IMG/VR virus record: IMGVR_UViG_3300001477_000100
Reading direction: 5' to 3' (one strand)
Length of the DNA: 64,000 nt
Source of the DNA: an uncultured virus (IMG/VR IMGVR_UViG_3300001477_000100)
Taxonomy: Duplodnaviria > Heunggongvirae > Uroviricota > Caudoviricetes
In this document: positions 17,283-26,763 of the stretch, in pieces
How the letters are laid out: the number at the start of each line of letters is the position of its first letter
Numbering within the stretch: the first letter of the stretch is position 1
Program-made: the position numbers and the translations under genes
Notes under the pieces: generated by a model
Told to the model about the DNA's origin: nothing
Seen by the model: the letters and a program-made list of their open reading frames with translations, nothing else
Database searches by the model: none

Positions 17283-19343
17283 ATGACTTATAATAAAAAA
17301 CAGATGCAGCCTTTGATTGATAAGTATGGCATCAATCCAGAGACTAACAAATTATTTATTAAAGTATGTGAAATGTTCGATGGTCAGTCAAACTACCAGA
17401 TTTGGGCTGTTAGAATGATATTCTCTCAGTCAATGACCTTTGAAGAGTTGGAAACCATTCACACTTGGATTACTACCAACAGTAACATGATTAACAAGCT
17501 CGAAAAGAAGAATGTTGTATCATACTCTAATAAAAGTGGAGTTGCCCAATTACTTAAAGAGATTAAGGGTCTTGAGCGTATTGCTTTTGTTAAGAATATT
17601 ATCTCTCATTTCAATACAGAGCAGAAAAAGATTCTGACTGAATCTATTTTGGGTAAGGAATACACTCCAATTGAGGCGTATGAGAATGCAAACATTAAGA
17701 AATGGTATGATGTTTTCAAGACGTTCAATAAAAAACCTATGAATATTAAGAACAAGTTCTACAGCAGTAGTTCTGCTCTTAAAAACGCTGCATCACTCCA
17801 TCAAGCAATTCTAGATTGCCTCAATAGAACTTATGATTGGAAAGAGGGTAAAGAAGACCTTCTTGCTTATATAGAACACAATGCAAAAGACTGCGAAGTG
17901 GTTTTCAACGAAGGTCCTTGTGTAGTTGTTTATGTTCCATCGTTCCAATCTAGTCATAAACTATGCGGTAATGGACGTACTGGTTGGTGTATCGCTCGTG
18001 AAGAGTCGTATTTCAAGAGTTATGTAACAAGTAAGGCGAATCGTAGTCAGTATTTCTTGTTCGACTTTAGCAGAAAAGAAAGTGATGCATTTGCACACAT
18101 TGGTTTTACTGTTGAGGGTGGAACTGGCATTGTTGAAGCACAAACTTGCCATAACTATTCAATGATTAATCCTTATAGACAAGGCAACGAAAATCTAAGT
18201 ATTTATAATGTGTTCGATAATTTCGGCATTAAAATGAGCACTTTCATGCGTTTGCCTAAAGAACTAGGATTCTCTTGGAACATTACCGATATGATAGCAA
18301 TGGTCAAAAAATCTCCAGAATCATTTGCTATTGCATATGAGGGTGATGGACGTTTGATTATAAATGTCCTTAACTCTAGAGTGTTCAATGATTTTGTTAA
18401 AAAGACTTTCATCAAAACCAACAATTTCAACTCCATTGACAATAACAACAAAACCTATTTGTTTATGGATTTTAACCTCCCAATAAACAATGAAAGGTCA
18501 CTTATTGCAATGCAATATCGCAAGGATATGTATGGCACATTGTCTTTGTCTGTGATGTATGACATTTTTGGTGCTGAAATTTCAAAAGAAGGATATTTAT
18601 CAAAAATTGGTATTTCTACGGATAAGTATCTAAATCGTGAGGCAATTGACCCATCAATCCTTCTTCACAAACTCATTGATGAGAACGATGAGATTGGGGC
18701 TATCAAGTTGATTGAGAAAGAACGTGGTAATATTAATGTTAACTACGAATTTAACCAGAGAATCCCTGTTTTCTCAGCAATAACTAACAAAATGTTCAAA
18801 CTTTTTGACACTATTGTTAATTGTGATGGATTCAACTCACAAATTGAGGATGGTTTTGGCGAAACTTTGCTTCAGTCATTAATCTATTTGCATGGAAGTG
18901 ATGAGGTTGCAAGTTCAGAAGAGGATAACAAGATATTGACTAATATGATTAAGTCAATCCTTTCTAGTAAAAACTTTAATCTTGCAGCAAAAGACATCAA
19001 TAACGATTGCGCTCTTAATACTGCTTGTGAGTACACAAATGAGGTATGGATTGTAAAAGAGCTAGTTTCCAATAAAAACGTTGATGTAAACGTTGTTAAC
19101 GATTTTGATTGCACAGCAGTTGGTAATTGTATCAGAAACAACAACCTTGAGGCACTTAAAGTTCTTGGACAACGACCAGATTTGAAAATAAGAAAAGAGG
19201 ATAAAAGTTTGGCAAAAGAATTCGGTATTAACTTGGACGAATACATAAAGCCAACTGACTCAATATTCGGAAAGTATACTACTGAGAAAGTAGGTGCTTT
19301 AGCAGAAGAAGAGGAATTAGAATTAGAGCTTACAAAAGCATAA
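17283..19343 (+). CDS. WCI-motif domain protein with C-terminal ankyrin-like repeats
   Basis: GNGRTGWCIAREESYFKSY...QYFLFDFSR; DGFGETLL, DINNDCALNTAC, DVNVVNDFDCTAV. Confidence 0.8.
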   Translation: MTYNKKQMQPLIDKYGINPETNKLFIKVCEMFDGQSNYQIWAVRMIFSQSMTFEELETIHTWITTNSNMINKLEKKNVVSYSNKSGVAQLLKEIKGLERIAFVKNIISHFNTEQKKILTESILGKEYTPIEAYENANIKKWYDVFKTFNKKPMNIKNKFYSSSSALKNAASLHQAILDCLNRTYDWKEGKEDLLAYIEHNAKDCEVVFNEGPCVVVYVPSFQSSHKLCGNGRTGWCIAREESYFKSYVTSKANRSQYFLFDFSRKESDAFAHIGFTVEGGTGIVEAQTCHNYSMINPYRQGNENLSIYNVFDNFGIKMSTFMRLPKELGFSWNITDMIAMVKKSPESFAIAYEGDGRLIINVLNSRVFNDFVKKTFIKTNNFNSIDNNNKTYLFMDFNLPINNERSLIAMQYRKDMYGTLSLSVMYDIFGAEISKEGYLSKIGISTDKYLNREAIDPSILLHKLIDENDEIGAIKLIEKERGNINVNYEFNQRIPVFSAITNKMFKLFDTIVNCDGFNSQIEDGFGETLLQSLIYLHGSDEVASSEEDNKILTNMIKSILSSKNFNLAAKDINNDCALNTACEYTNEVWIVKELVSNKNVDVNVVNDFDCTAVGNCIRNNNLEALKVLGQRPDLKIRKEDKSLAKEFGINLDEYIKPTDSIFGKYTTEKVGALAEEEELELELTKA

Positions 19344-19351
19344 TTAACATC

Positions 19352-19403
19352 AAAATGAGTGATGAATAAAGAAAAAAAAATAATTTCATCACTCATTTTT
19401 TTT
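19352..19403 (+). terminator. Intrinsic terminator
   Basis: aaaatgagtgatgaa / ttcatcactcatttt. Confidence 0.75.
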
Positions 19404-19412
19404 ATCTTTTCA

Positions 19413-19444
19413 TTTGTTTTTTAAGAAAAAAAAACATATCTTTG
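19413..19444 (+). promoter_or_regulatory. Bacteroidetes sigma-A-type promoter
   Basis: TTTG-N20-TATCTTTG. Confidence 0.8.
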
Positions 19445-19487
19445 CAAAAAGAAAATTTTATGTTAAACAATTAAAACCTAATTTGTT

Positions 19488-20924
19488 ATGAAAATTTATG
19501 ATTATGGTAAAATCAAGACTTGTTTAATATGCGGAAGCATTAATGGGAACGTTGACCGTTTTGTTAAAATGATTGTTGGAAGTCTAACCAACATAAGTAA
19601 ATATAAAGTTGAGCAGCACCCAAAAGAAATAGAAAGACAAGAAAGGATTAGAAGAAAACAAGAAGAAGAGACCCAATCATTATTTGGTGGTATACACAAC
19701 CCATTTGGCATAGGTGGCGGTATTCCACAACCTCGTGACCAACATGGCAATACCATTAGAAGGTGTGTAAACAAAATGAGCAAACATCCAAAATATTGTG
19801 GCTATTCTTTAGATAACGCAGTGTTAATTGTCAATGGCTCAAATACATTTGGTCAAAACGATTTGAAATATTATTATGACAAATTTAATATGCTAAATGA
19901 TGTGTTAGCCGATAATAACACGCATATCCTATTTGTGAGAGGTAATGATGACCCCAAATATTTTACGGATGAATTACTTAATCTTAGTAATGTGAAAACT
20001 ATTCAAGATTATTCTGTGGTTAAACTAAACAAATTCAACTGTTTATGTATCGGTGGTCAAGTTTCATTGGATAGGCTTTGGAAATCTGAGCAAGAAAAAA
20101 GAATAGGTAAAAAAATGTTTTGGGTAAATGAACGTATGAGATTTGATGAAGATGGGATAAATGAAATACTTTCCGAATATAAAATATCTTGTATTATTAC
20201 GCCTAGTTCGCCATCATTCGCATATCCAGGAACAAACGCTTTCAAGAAAAGCCCTTGGGTCACAAAAGATAAGACTCTTTTAAATGACCTTAACGATGAA
20301 AGAGTGGTAATGGATAAAATATATAATAGAATGATTGAAAGTAAAAGCAAACCTTATATCTGGACTTATAGTAGGTTTGATGAATCCAATCAATCCGTAA
20401 TTAACGACATTTTATTTCAGTCATTGTGCTCGTTTCAGTTTTTCAACTTTAATAACGCAGCAGCAGACTACTTTAACATCGACTTTTCTAAACAGCTTAA
20501 AGAAAATGAATTTTCGATAGATAAAAAAAGTTATTATACCGTTTCATCAACAATAGGGAATTTTAGGGATGCTTTTACTAATGATGCTATTTTTGGCAAT
20601 GCTGATGAAGAAACTGATGAAGATGGTCCTGCTGAAGATAATGAAGAAAGAGAAGTGGAGGAAGATTTTGAAATGGCAAATCCAAATATTGAAACAGCGC
20701 AAGAGATTGGCGGTAATGCTGATGAAATGAATGGAGTACCATATTTTGGTCCTAGTGTGGTACATTATTGGGAACAACCTGGACGTTATGCTATAGCTGA
20801 AGATAATATAGCAACTGTTGAAGCGACCTATGAAAGATTGCGAGGAGACCTTAACGCAATAACTGGAGTTCCTAGAGAAGCATTAACAATAGATGTAGGA
20901 GGAGAAAATGGCACAAACCAATAG
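19488..20924 (+). CDS. Degenerate calcineurin-like metallophosphoesterase with acidic tail
   Basis: ICGSINGN, FVRGNDDP, CLCIGGQVSLDR resemble GDIHG / GNHD / IGGA.SID but lack the metal ligands. Confidence 0.65.
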   Translation: MKIYDYGKIKTCLICGSINGNVDRFVKMIVGSLTNISKYKVEQHPKEIERQERIRRKQEEETQSLFGGIHNPFGIGGGIPQPRDQHGNTIRRCVNKMSKHPKYCGYSLDNAVLIVNGSNTFGQNDLKYYYDKFNMLNDVLADNNTHILFVRGNDDPKYFTDELLNLSNVKTIQDYSVVKLNKFNCLCIGGQVSLDRLWKSEQEKRIGKKMFWVNERMRFDEDGINEILSEYKISCIITPSSPSFAYPGTNAFKKSPWVTKDKTLLNDLNDERVVMDKIYNRMIESKSKPYIWTYSRFDESNQSVINDILFQSLCSFQFFNFNNAAADYFNIDFSKQLKENEFSIDKKSYYTVSSTIGNFRDAFTNDAIFGNADEETDEDGPAEDNEEREVEEDFEMANPNIETAQEIGGNADEMNGVPYFGPSVVHYWEQPGRYAIAEDNIATVEATYERLRGDLNAITGVPREALTIDVGGENGTNQ

Positions 20925-21672
20925 TAAATTTTATTCGTTGATGGTTGTCGGTGAAAACCCTAAAAGCATAGTGGAAAAATATGGTTCTGAATACAAAACA
21001 GAACCATATGTAAAATACAAATACCTAAACGCTAAAAAATATCAAGATACCGCAATTAAAACACTTGATACCATATTAGCAAATATTGACAAAATAGATT
21101 TACCAATAACCAAAGAGGCTGTGGAAGATAGGCTAGACACCATCAAAAAACTATCTCCATTTGAATACTACAGAGAACTTACCGATGGTATGTACTATGA
21201 TGAAAATGGTGATGCATTATCAGACGAAAACCCATACGTCAAATATAATACTTGTAGGATTGGAAGAAATTTCTGCATTCCTCTTAAACTAAAAGATGGC
21301 AGTGAATCATATAGTGCATTGGCTAAAGATATTGATTGGGATGCAATGAATGGTGCTAACAAAGAGGTATATGAAGCAGCTTGGGAACTTGTGGTAGATG
21401 GTAGAGAGCCGCAAAACGACCAAGAGAAGACCATTTACGAATCAATGAAGGATAAAGAAGCCTATTTCAGTAATTTCAAGTCAAAAGAGGATTATGTCAC
21501 CTATAGCACTTCATATTGGAACTATGCCTATGCAGATGAAAATGGATGGGTTGACGTAGATTCCTCTGGGGATGAAAAAGAATGGATAAATGAATTCTAT
21601 TCTAGATTCGTGGAAGGTCTCAAACCAAATGATTTAGTTACCATTTTTGAATGCTCAATCAATAATGGTTAA
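20908..21672 (+). CDS. Hypothetical protein
   Basis: 254-aa acidic ORF. Confidence 0.8.
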   Translation: MAQTNSKFYSLMVVGENPKSIVEKYGSEYKTEPYVKYKYLNAKKYQDTAIKTLDTILANIDKIDLPITKEAVEDRLDTIKKLSPFEYYRELTDGMYYDENGDALSDENPYVKYNTCRIGRNFCIPLKLKDGSESYSALAKDIDWDAMNGANKEVYEAAWELVVDGREPQNDQEKTIYESMKDKEAYFSNFKSKEDYVTYSTSYWNYAYADENGWVDVDSSGDEKEWINEFYSRFVEGLKPNDLVTIFECSINNG

Positions 21673-21697
21673 AAAAAATTAAAAAACGTGAGATAAT

Positions 21698-21728
21698 TTT
21701 GCAGTCTCACGTTTTTTTCATATATTTG
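21698..21728 (+). promoter_or_regulatory. Promoter overlapping terminator hairpin
   Basis: TTTG-N19-TATATTTG; TTTG lies in the loop of aaaaacgtgaga/tctcacgttttt. Confidence 0.8.
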
Positions 21729-21753
21729 CATTAACGTAAAATGTAAACTGATT

Positions 21754-22710
21754 ATGACTGAAAATACACTGTTACTCAAACAATTTAGAAGTAAATTTGT
21801 TAAAGATTTCAATTTGCCTATCCAAGTAGTTCAATCGCCTTATTTTGACGAGCATATAACACTACTTGAGGATGATTGTGGGGCAAAAACAAAATATCTC
21901 ACCTTGTTAGAAACTGTTAGGGATAAATTTGACGGTAATATGCAGAAATTCCTTGAGTATCGGCATAATATAGAAGACCAAATATTAGCCTATATACTCA
22001 ACTCCGAGGCTTACAAGGCATTTAATGGTGCTAAGAGTGAGATAGCTTCAGAGACACCAATTGTAGGTTCTCCAGAGCTTTATACGAAGGAACAGTGTAA
22101 TTGTTTTTTTGTGTCTTATGACATGATTAAGGCAAACTTCCAAGCATTAAATTATGCAGACCCAGCAATTGTAAAGGATTGTGATACCTATGAAGAGTTT
22201 ATCGAGAAATTCACTGACATAGAGTATTTCAAACACGCAAAACAACTTAGACAAATGCTGTTTGGTAAACTTAACGGTAAAAGGACATCTGCCATTGAGA
22301 AATTAATATCTAATAAGTTTGCAAAGAAACTTGCCGAAAGATTTGATGATAAAATGAAACTCTACTCTATCAAGACTGATGAAATTATTCTCAAGTTCTT
22401 GGGTACAGAAGAGGAATTTAAAAAACTTGCTGTTACTAACGAAGAGTTTATGGGATTCCGATTTAGAGTTAATAAATTTAAACTTATGTCTCAAGACTTC
22501 AAACGTGGAGTTTCTGACAGAATTGTCACGGCATATATTAAAGAAGATTATTTAAATGGCAGGAAACACACTTTACATTGCGTTCCTGACACTTATTACC
22601 CACAAGTGTATAAACTACTCAATGGGATGGAAATAAACGATTCTGACTTAGTTTTCTACTATGACCACGAATTGGCTAAATTTATGTATCCGTTAGAATT
22701 AATAAAATAA
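21754..22710 (+). CDS. Hypothetical protein, possible divergent polymerase-palm-like fold
   Basis: 318 aa; SYDMIKANF and KTDEII motifs. Confidence 0.75.
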   Translation: MTENTLLLKQFRSKFVKDFNLPIQVVQSPYFDEHITLLEDDCGAKTKYLTLLETVRDKFDGNMQKFLEYRHNIEDQILAYILNSEAYKAFNGAKSEIASETPIVGSPELYTKEQCNCFFVSYDMIKANFQALNYADPAIVKDCDTYEEFIEKFTDIEYFKHAKQLRQMLFGKLNGKRTSAIEKLISNKFAKKLAERFDDKMKLYSIKTDEIILKFLGTEEEFKKLAVTNEEFMGFRFRVNKFKLMSQDFKRGVSDRIVTAYIKEDYLNGRKHTLHCVPDTYYPQVYKLLNGMEINDSDLVFYYDHELAKFMYPLELIK

Positions 22711-22711
22711 A

Positions 22712-24118
22712 ATGAACGAACTATTATTTAAAAAAGTTGATGATAGAATCAAACACTTAGTTGACCTCATACAAGCGTCAATCAAAAACACCCATTTTGA
22801 AGGGAAAGTATATTTAGTTGGCGGTTGTGTGCGTGATGCATTGTTAGGATTACCCATTAAAGACATTGACATCGTTGTTGAAATGAAAAACGGTGGAATG
22901 CTGTTTGCTGTATATATGGCAATAAAACACCAGTGTTTTATTCAGAATACTAATCCAGTAGTGTTTGAAAACTATGGAACTGCGAAGTTCCAATTGTTCA
23001 AGAACGATGAATTCAAAGATATAGAGATTGAATGTGTCCAAACTAGAAAGGAACAGTACCACAAGGAAAGCAGAAACCCAGAAACTGTATTCGGAAGTCT
23101 TGAAGAGGATGCAAAAAGGCGTGACCTTACCATCAATTCTCTGTATTATAACATCAGCACAGAGAAAATACATGATTTTAACGGCTCTATAGATGACTTA
23201 GTAAATCAAGTAATAAAGACTCCAACTGACCCAGATGTTACGTTCAATGATGACCCATTGAGAATCCTACGTGTAATTCGTTTTTCAACTAGATTCGGTT
23301 GGGATATTGAAAAAAACACTTGGTTAGGGATGGTTAAAAATGCGCACCGTATTCAAATCATTTCACAAGAAAGAATCAGTGAGGAAATATCCAAGATTCT
23401 ACTTTGTGAAAAACCAAGTATCGGTATTCGGAAAATGTATTTCTGTGGCATTTTGCATAGAGTGATGCCAGACATTTATGATACAACCTACGCCTATGAG
23501 TCAAGGAATCCTATGGTTAGCACATTTGACCATACAATGAATGTGCTAGATACTGTTCAACCATATCTTGAAAATAGATTGGCTGCTTTGTTCCATGATG
23601 TTGGTAGAATTATAACAGAGAAACGTAGGGATGTGATGCCAGATAAGTTTAGTGCAGAAATTGCTGCAAGCGACTTGAAGGACATGAAATACCCTAATTA
23701 TATCATCAAATCTGTTGAAACAGCCATTAAGCATCATAGAGGTTTTGCAAGTTATGCCGATGGCGTATTACCGCCAGATAAGAAGATTAGAAAATTTATC
23801 AACTTAACTGGTGATGATTTGGGGGCAACTGCTGACCTAATGAACGCCAATAATCTTTATTGCACCTTTGGTAAGAAAAAACGGCAAGTTCTTGATATTC
23901 TCAATAGAATAGAGGAAATGGAAGATGCTGAAAAAGCAGCAAATGTTAAACTTCCTATCTCTGGAGACGATATTTTGAAGGAATTTCATTTAAAAAGTGG
24001 ACCAAATATTGGAATACTTTTAGAGGCTGTTAAAGAAGCATATTTTGAAAATCCTAATATGACTAAAGATGAAGCATTTGAGATTGTTGAAAATAAATTA
24101 AAGAGCCTAACGGTATGA
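22712..24118 (+). CDS. cca: CCA-adding tRNA nucleotidyltransferase / poly(A) polymerase family with HD domain
   Basis: VGGCVRD..DIDI, RRDLTINSL, DDPLRILR, ERISEE, DHT..FHDVG. Confidence 0.9.
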   Translation: MNELLFKKVDDRIKHLVDLIQASIKNTHFEGKVYLVGGCVRDALLGLPIKDIDIVVEMKNGGMLFAVYMAIKHQCFIQNTNPVVFENYGTAKFQLFKNDEFKDIEIECVQTRKEQYHKESRNPETVFGSLEEDAKRRDLTINSLYYNISTEKIHDFNGSIDDLVNQVIKTPTDPDVTFNDDPLRILRVIRFSTRFGWDIEKNTWLGMVKNAHRIQIISQERISEEISKILLCEKPSIGIRKMYFCGILHRVMPDIYDTTYAYESRNPMVSTFDHTMNVLDTVQPYLENRLAALFHDVGRIITEKRRDVMPDKFSAEIAASDLKDMKYPNYIIKSVETAIKHHRGFASYADGVLPPDKKIRKFINLTGDDLGATADLMNANNLYCTFGKKKRQVLDILNRIEEMEDAEKAANVKLPISGDDILKEFHLKSGPNIGILLEAVKEAYFENPNMTKDEAFEIVENKLKSLTV

Positions 24119-24215
24119 CCCATTAGGTTCTTTAATTATAATAATATAATATATTAAATAATATTAATAAAATATAATATATAATATAATATTTTTATAT
24201 TTAAATTATTTTTAG

Positions 24216-24223
24216 TATATTTG
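24216..24223 (+). promoter_or_regulatory. Promoter -7 box after an extremely AT-rich tract
   Basis: TATATTTG(CA); canonical -33 TTTG absent. Confidence 0.55.
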
Positions 24224-24240
24224 CATAAAAAAGAAAAACT

Positions 24241-24735
24241 ATGGGTACACTATGTAAAAACTGTCCTTGCAAGGGTCTTAAGACAGAAACTGATTCTTGT
24301 ATGACCCTATTTGCGAAAAAATATCATAATTCTTGTGTTACATATGATATTACTGAGTATAAGGTGAAACAAGAAAAAGAGAAATTCATGAAAGAACTTG
24401 AGGAGTTAGCAAATGAAAAGAAAACAACCATCAATAATGAAGAAAAAACTATTGATACAGAGGCATTAAATGAAACAGTGGAAATGCCTACTGATGATGT
24501 TGTAAACACTCAAGAAACGCAAAAAAAGACTACATCAAAAACAATTAAAGTTAAAAAAGCACCAAAGTCAAGAGAGGTCAAAAAACCAAAAGAGACCAAA
24601 AAAACATCAAAGTCAAGAGAGGTCAAAAAACCAAAAGAGGCTGAGAAAGAAGCAGAGATTAAAAATGATGCTATAGCAGAAATTGTTGGAAATCTTACCA
24701 CTGCTGCTGTCGCATGTGAAAATAATAATAATTAA
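24241..24735 (+). CDS. Lys/Glu-rich protein with internal repeat
   Basis: N-terminal CKNCPC; KSREVKKPKE twice (DNA repeat caaagtcaagagaggtcaaaaaaccaaaagag). Confidence 0.75.
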   Translation: MGTLCKNCPCKGLKTETDSCMTLFAKKYHNSCVTYDITEYKVKQEKEKFMKELEELANEKKTTINNEEKTIDTEALNETVEMPTDDVVNTQETQKKTTSKTIKVKKAPKSREVKKPKETKKTSKSREVKKPKEAEKEAEIKNDAIAEIVGNLTTAAVACENNNN

Positions 24736-24747
24736 ACAGAATAAATT

Positions 24748-25323
24748 ATGAATAAAATTTTGATTTTAATAGATTGTCAATATGGTTTTCTAGAGGGCGG
24801 TAATCTTCCAGTGGAAGGTGCAACCCATAAAATGAATCGTCTTGCTGAATTTATACGTGAAAACGGTCCAGCATATGATAAGATATTTCTAACAGCAGAT
24901 TGGCATCCGCATACACATTGTTCATTCAAGGCAAACGGTGGGGTATGGCCTGAACATTGCGTACAACATACGCATGATGCAGCAATCTATCAGCCAATTA
25001 TTGATGCTTTGAACGCTATTAATAGTGACTATATTGTCTTGACTAAAGGGGTCGATGAAGACCACGAGGAATATTCAGTGTTTAAGAATGAAAAGTCTAA
25101 TGCATTACTTAGTAATATTTGTGAAATGATGAAAGTAACTGATATTGATTTGGCTGGCATTGCTTTAGACGTGTGTCTTTTTGATTCATTGAAAGATGGT
25201 TTAAGGGCATTTCCAAATGTTAATTTCCACGTTCTTATTGATTTTTGCCCAGCAATAACAAAAGATGGGGAGGAAAAAGTTATAAACTTTATCAATAATT
25301 CAGAAAGAGTCAATATTGGGTAA
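24748..25323 (+). CDS. pncA: Nicotinamidase
   Basis: LIDCQYGF..GNLPVEG, TADWHP, WPEHCVQ, TKG, GIALDVC. Confidence 0.9.
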   Translation: MNKILILIDCQYGFLEGGNLPVEGATHKMNRLAEFIRENGPAYDKIFLTADWHPHTHCSFKANGGVWPEHCVQHTHDAAIYQPIIDALNAINSDYIVLTKGVDEDHEEYSVFKNEKSNALLSNICEMMKVTDIDLAGIALDVCLFDSLKDGLRAFPNVNFHVLIDFCPAITKDGEEKVINFINNSERVNIG

Positions 25324-25324
25324 T

Positions 25325-25579
25325 ATGGCAAGGATAGAGATACCAATGAAAGAGTATAATGACTTGAAAAGCAAAGTTAAGTCATTGGAACAAACTCTAG
25401 TTGATGTTTCAAAGGAAACAGCAATATATAAAGAGAAATTAAGCATTTTGGAAAGTCTTGTTATGGATTTAGAAGATGAAGGAATCCTTAACAGAATCTT
25501 TAGTTGGAAAAACATTATTAGTCCATTTAAAGAAGTCTTCAAAAAGGATGAGAAAAAGCAAGAAACTAAGACAACTTAG
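25325..25579 (+). CDS. Coiled-coil hypothetical protein
   Basis: ORF immediately after pncA. Confidence 0.7.
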   Translation: MARIEIPMKEYNDLKSKVKSLEQTLVDVSKETAIYKEKLSILESLVMDLEDEGILNRIFSWKNIISPFKEVFKKDEKKQETKTT

Positions 25580-26180
25580 AATAAAAAGAAAACTAAAAAA
25601 AGCTAAAAAGGTGGAAGAACAAATAAAAAAAGACCCATATGCTGATATTGATTCTGAATTCTGTGGGATTAGTAAAAATCACCAACTAGTGCAAGATTTT
25701 TGTAGGGCGTTAAAAAACAAAAAAGTTTTTGGTCTATTCCGCATGAGATATTCGATAAAAGACGTTCCTCCAGGACAAAAAAGAAGTGCGCTAAGAGACG
25801 ACTCTCCTATTTATTTGAAAGGCATCACATTGTATAATATGAGAAATGATTCTGATTTGATAAAAAGGCTTAAAATACTTTGCAGAATGATTTATATAAA
25901 CAATTATGATGTTAAAAAATGGGAAAAATTAAATTATAGAAGTAGTATAACTAATTTTTTAAGCTTCTATGCTGAAGATTACTTGAGTAAGAAATCTTAT
26001 CCAATAAAGCACTCGTTATTGTATTATCAATTCCTATTCGGAATAGGTTCTACTGTAGTTGGGCTTGTTTTAATGTTCTGCCTTATATACTATATGTGGG
26101 GATGTTCTGTATTGATAACAATGTTAGGGTTATTGTTGGTATATTGTGCAGGAGTAACAATAAAAATCTATAAAAATTAA
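25548..26180 (+). CDS. Membrane protein with two C-terminal TM helices
   Basis: Basic N-terminus, hydrophobic C-terminus. Confidence 0.7.
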   Translation: MRKSKKLRQLRIKRKLKKAKKVEEQIKKDPYADIDSEFCGISKNHQLVQDFCRALKNKKVFGLFRMRYSIKDVPPGQKRSALRDDSPIYLKGITLYNMRNDSDLIKRLKILCRMIYINNYDVKKWEKLNYRSSITNFLSFYAEDYLSKKSYPIKHSLLYYQFLFGIGSTVVGLVLMFCLIYYMWGCSVLITMLGLLLVYCAGVTIKIYKN

Positions 26181-26200
26181 CGTTTTTTAAGATAAAAAAA

Positions 26201-26232
26201 TTTGGATATATCAATTTAATTTCGTACATTTG
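26201..26232 (+). promoter_or_regulatory. Bacteroidetes sigma-A-type promoter
   Basis: TTTG-N20-TACATTTG. Confidence 0.85.
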
Positions 26233-26237
26233 CACCA

Positions 26238-26435
26238 TGAAGCTTCAAAACGGTAACTGAAAGACGTGGTGAGGGCAGTCCTGCCACACGACATTGCTAA
26301 GATATAACAGTCTCGACTTCGGAACAGATTGATGCTTGCAATGGAGTTAGTTTGACCGAGATTGTAAAACAGTCAGTTATCAAGCAATTACTTAGATGAG
26401 TGCGGAAGAAGGAAACGCTAGCCGCATGAAGATTG
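26238..26435 (+). ncRNA. Candidate ~200-nt structured ncRNA
   Basis: Non-coding and GC-richer; stems ggtaactga/tcagttatc, acagtctcg/cgagattgt, tgcgg/ccgca, plus a crossing cattgc/gcaatg pair. Confidence 0.55.
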
Positions 26436-26440
26436 CATTA

Positions 26441-26525
26441 AGGACGATAGCTCAGTTGGTAGAGTACACCAGAACGTGGAAACACTAGTATGGGGAGGTC
26501 TGTGGTTCGAGTCCACATTGTCCTA
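26441..26525 (+). tRNA. tRNA-like element with expanded anticodon loop (no clear anticodon)
   Basis: AGGACGA/TTGTCCT, TAGCTCAGTTGGTAGAGT D-arm, AGGTC, TGTGG-TTCGAGT-CCACA; 19-nt loop containing GTG-GAAA-CAC. Confidence 0.7.
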
Positions 26526-26540
26526 CTAATTAATAAAAAA

Positions 26541-26744
26541 ATGGCAACAGAAACTTTAGGGGCACATCTTAGAAATTTATTAACCCCATATAGAACATTG
26601 CTGTCTCTTGTTGAGGACATCAATAATGGAGAAATTGAATTGGATGTGCTGAAAAAAATTAAATGTGATAACATTGACGAAATTATAGAATTTTCCCATT
26701 CCGACAAAATGGAAAATAATTTGTGGAGAGGAGAAACAGAATAA
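26541..26744 (+). CDS. Small hypothetical protein
   Basis: MATETLGAHLRNLLTPY; start moved past the tRNA-like element. Confidence 0.65.
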   Translation: MATETLGAHLRNLLTPYRTLLSLVEDINNGEIELDVLKKIKCDNIDEIIEFSHSDKMENNLWRGETE

Positions 26745-26763
26745 TTAGTTAGAAATAAAATTT

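Noticed and set aside
24134..24210. Replication origin at a pure A/T tract
   Set aside because: Low-complexity TA-rich DNA without iterons or a nearby initiator; not supportable from sequence alone
26265..26315. Pistol ribozyme or group I intron S-element resemblance
   Set aside because: CGTGGTGAGGG lacks a downstream pseudoknot partner, and AAGATATAACAGTC does not match the intron core; no P7 pairing found
26490..26540. Upstream start for ORF 26490-26744
   Set aside because: Overlaps the tRNA-like element; ATG 26541 has the typical A-rich leader
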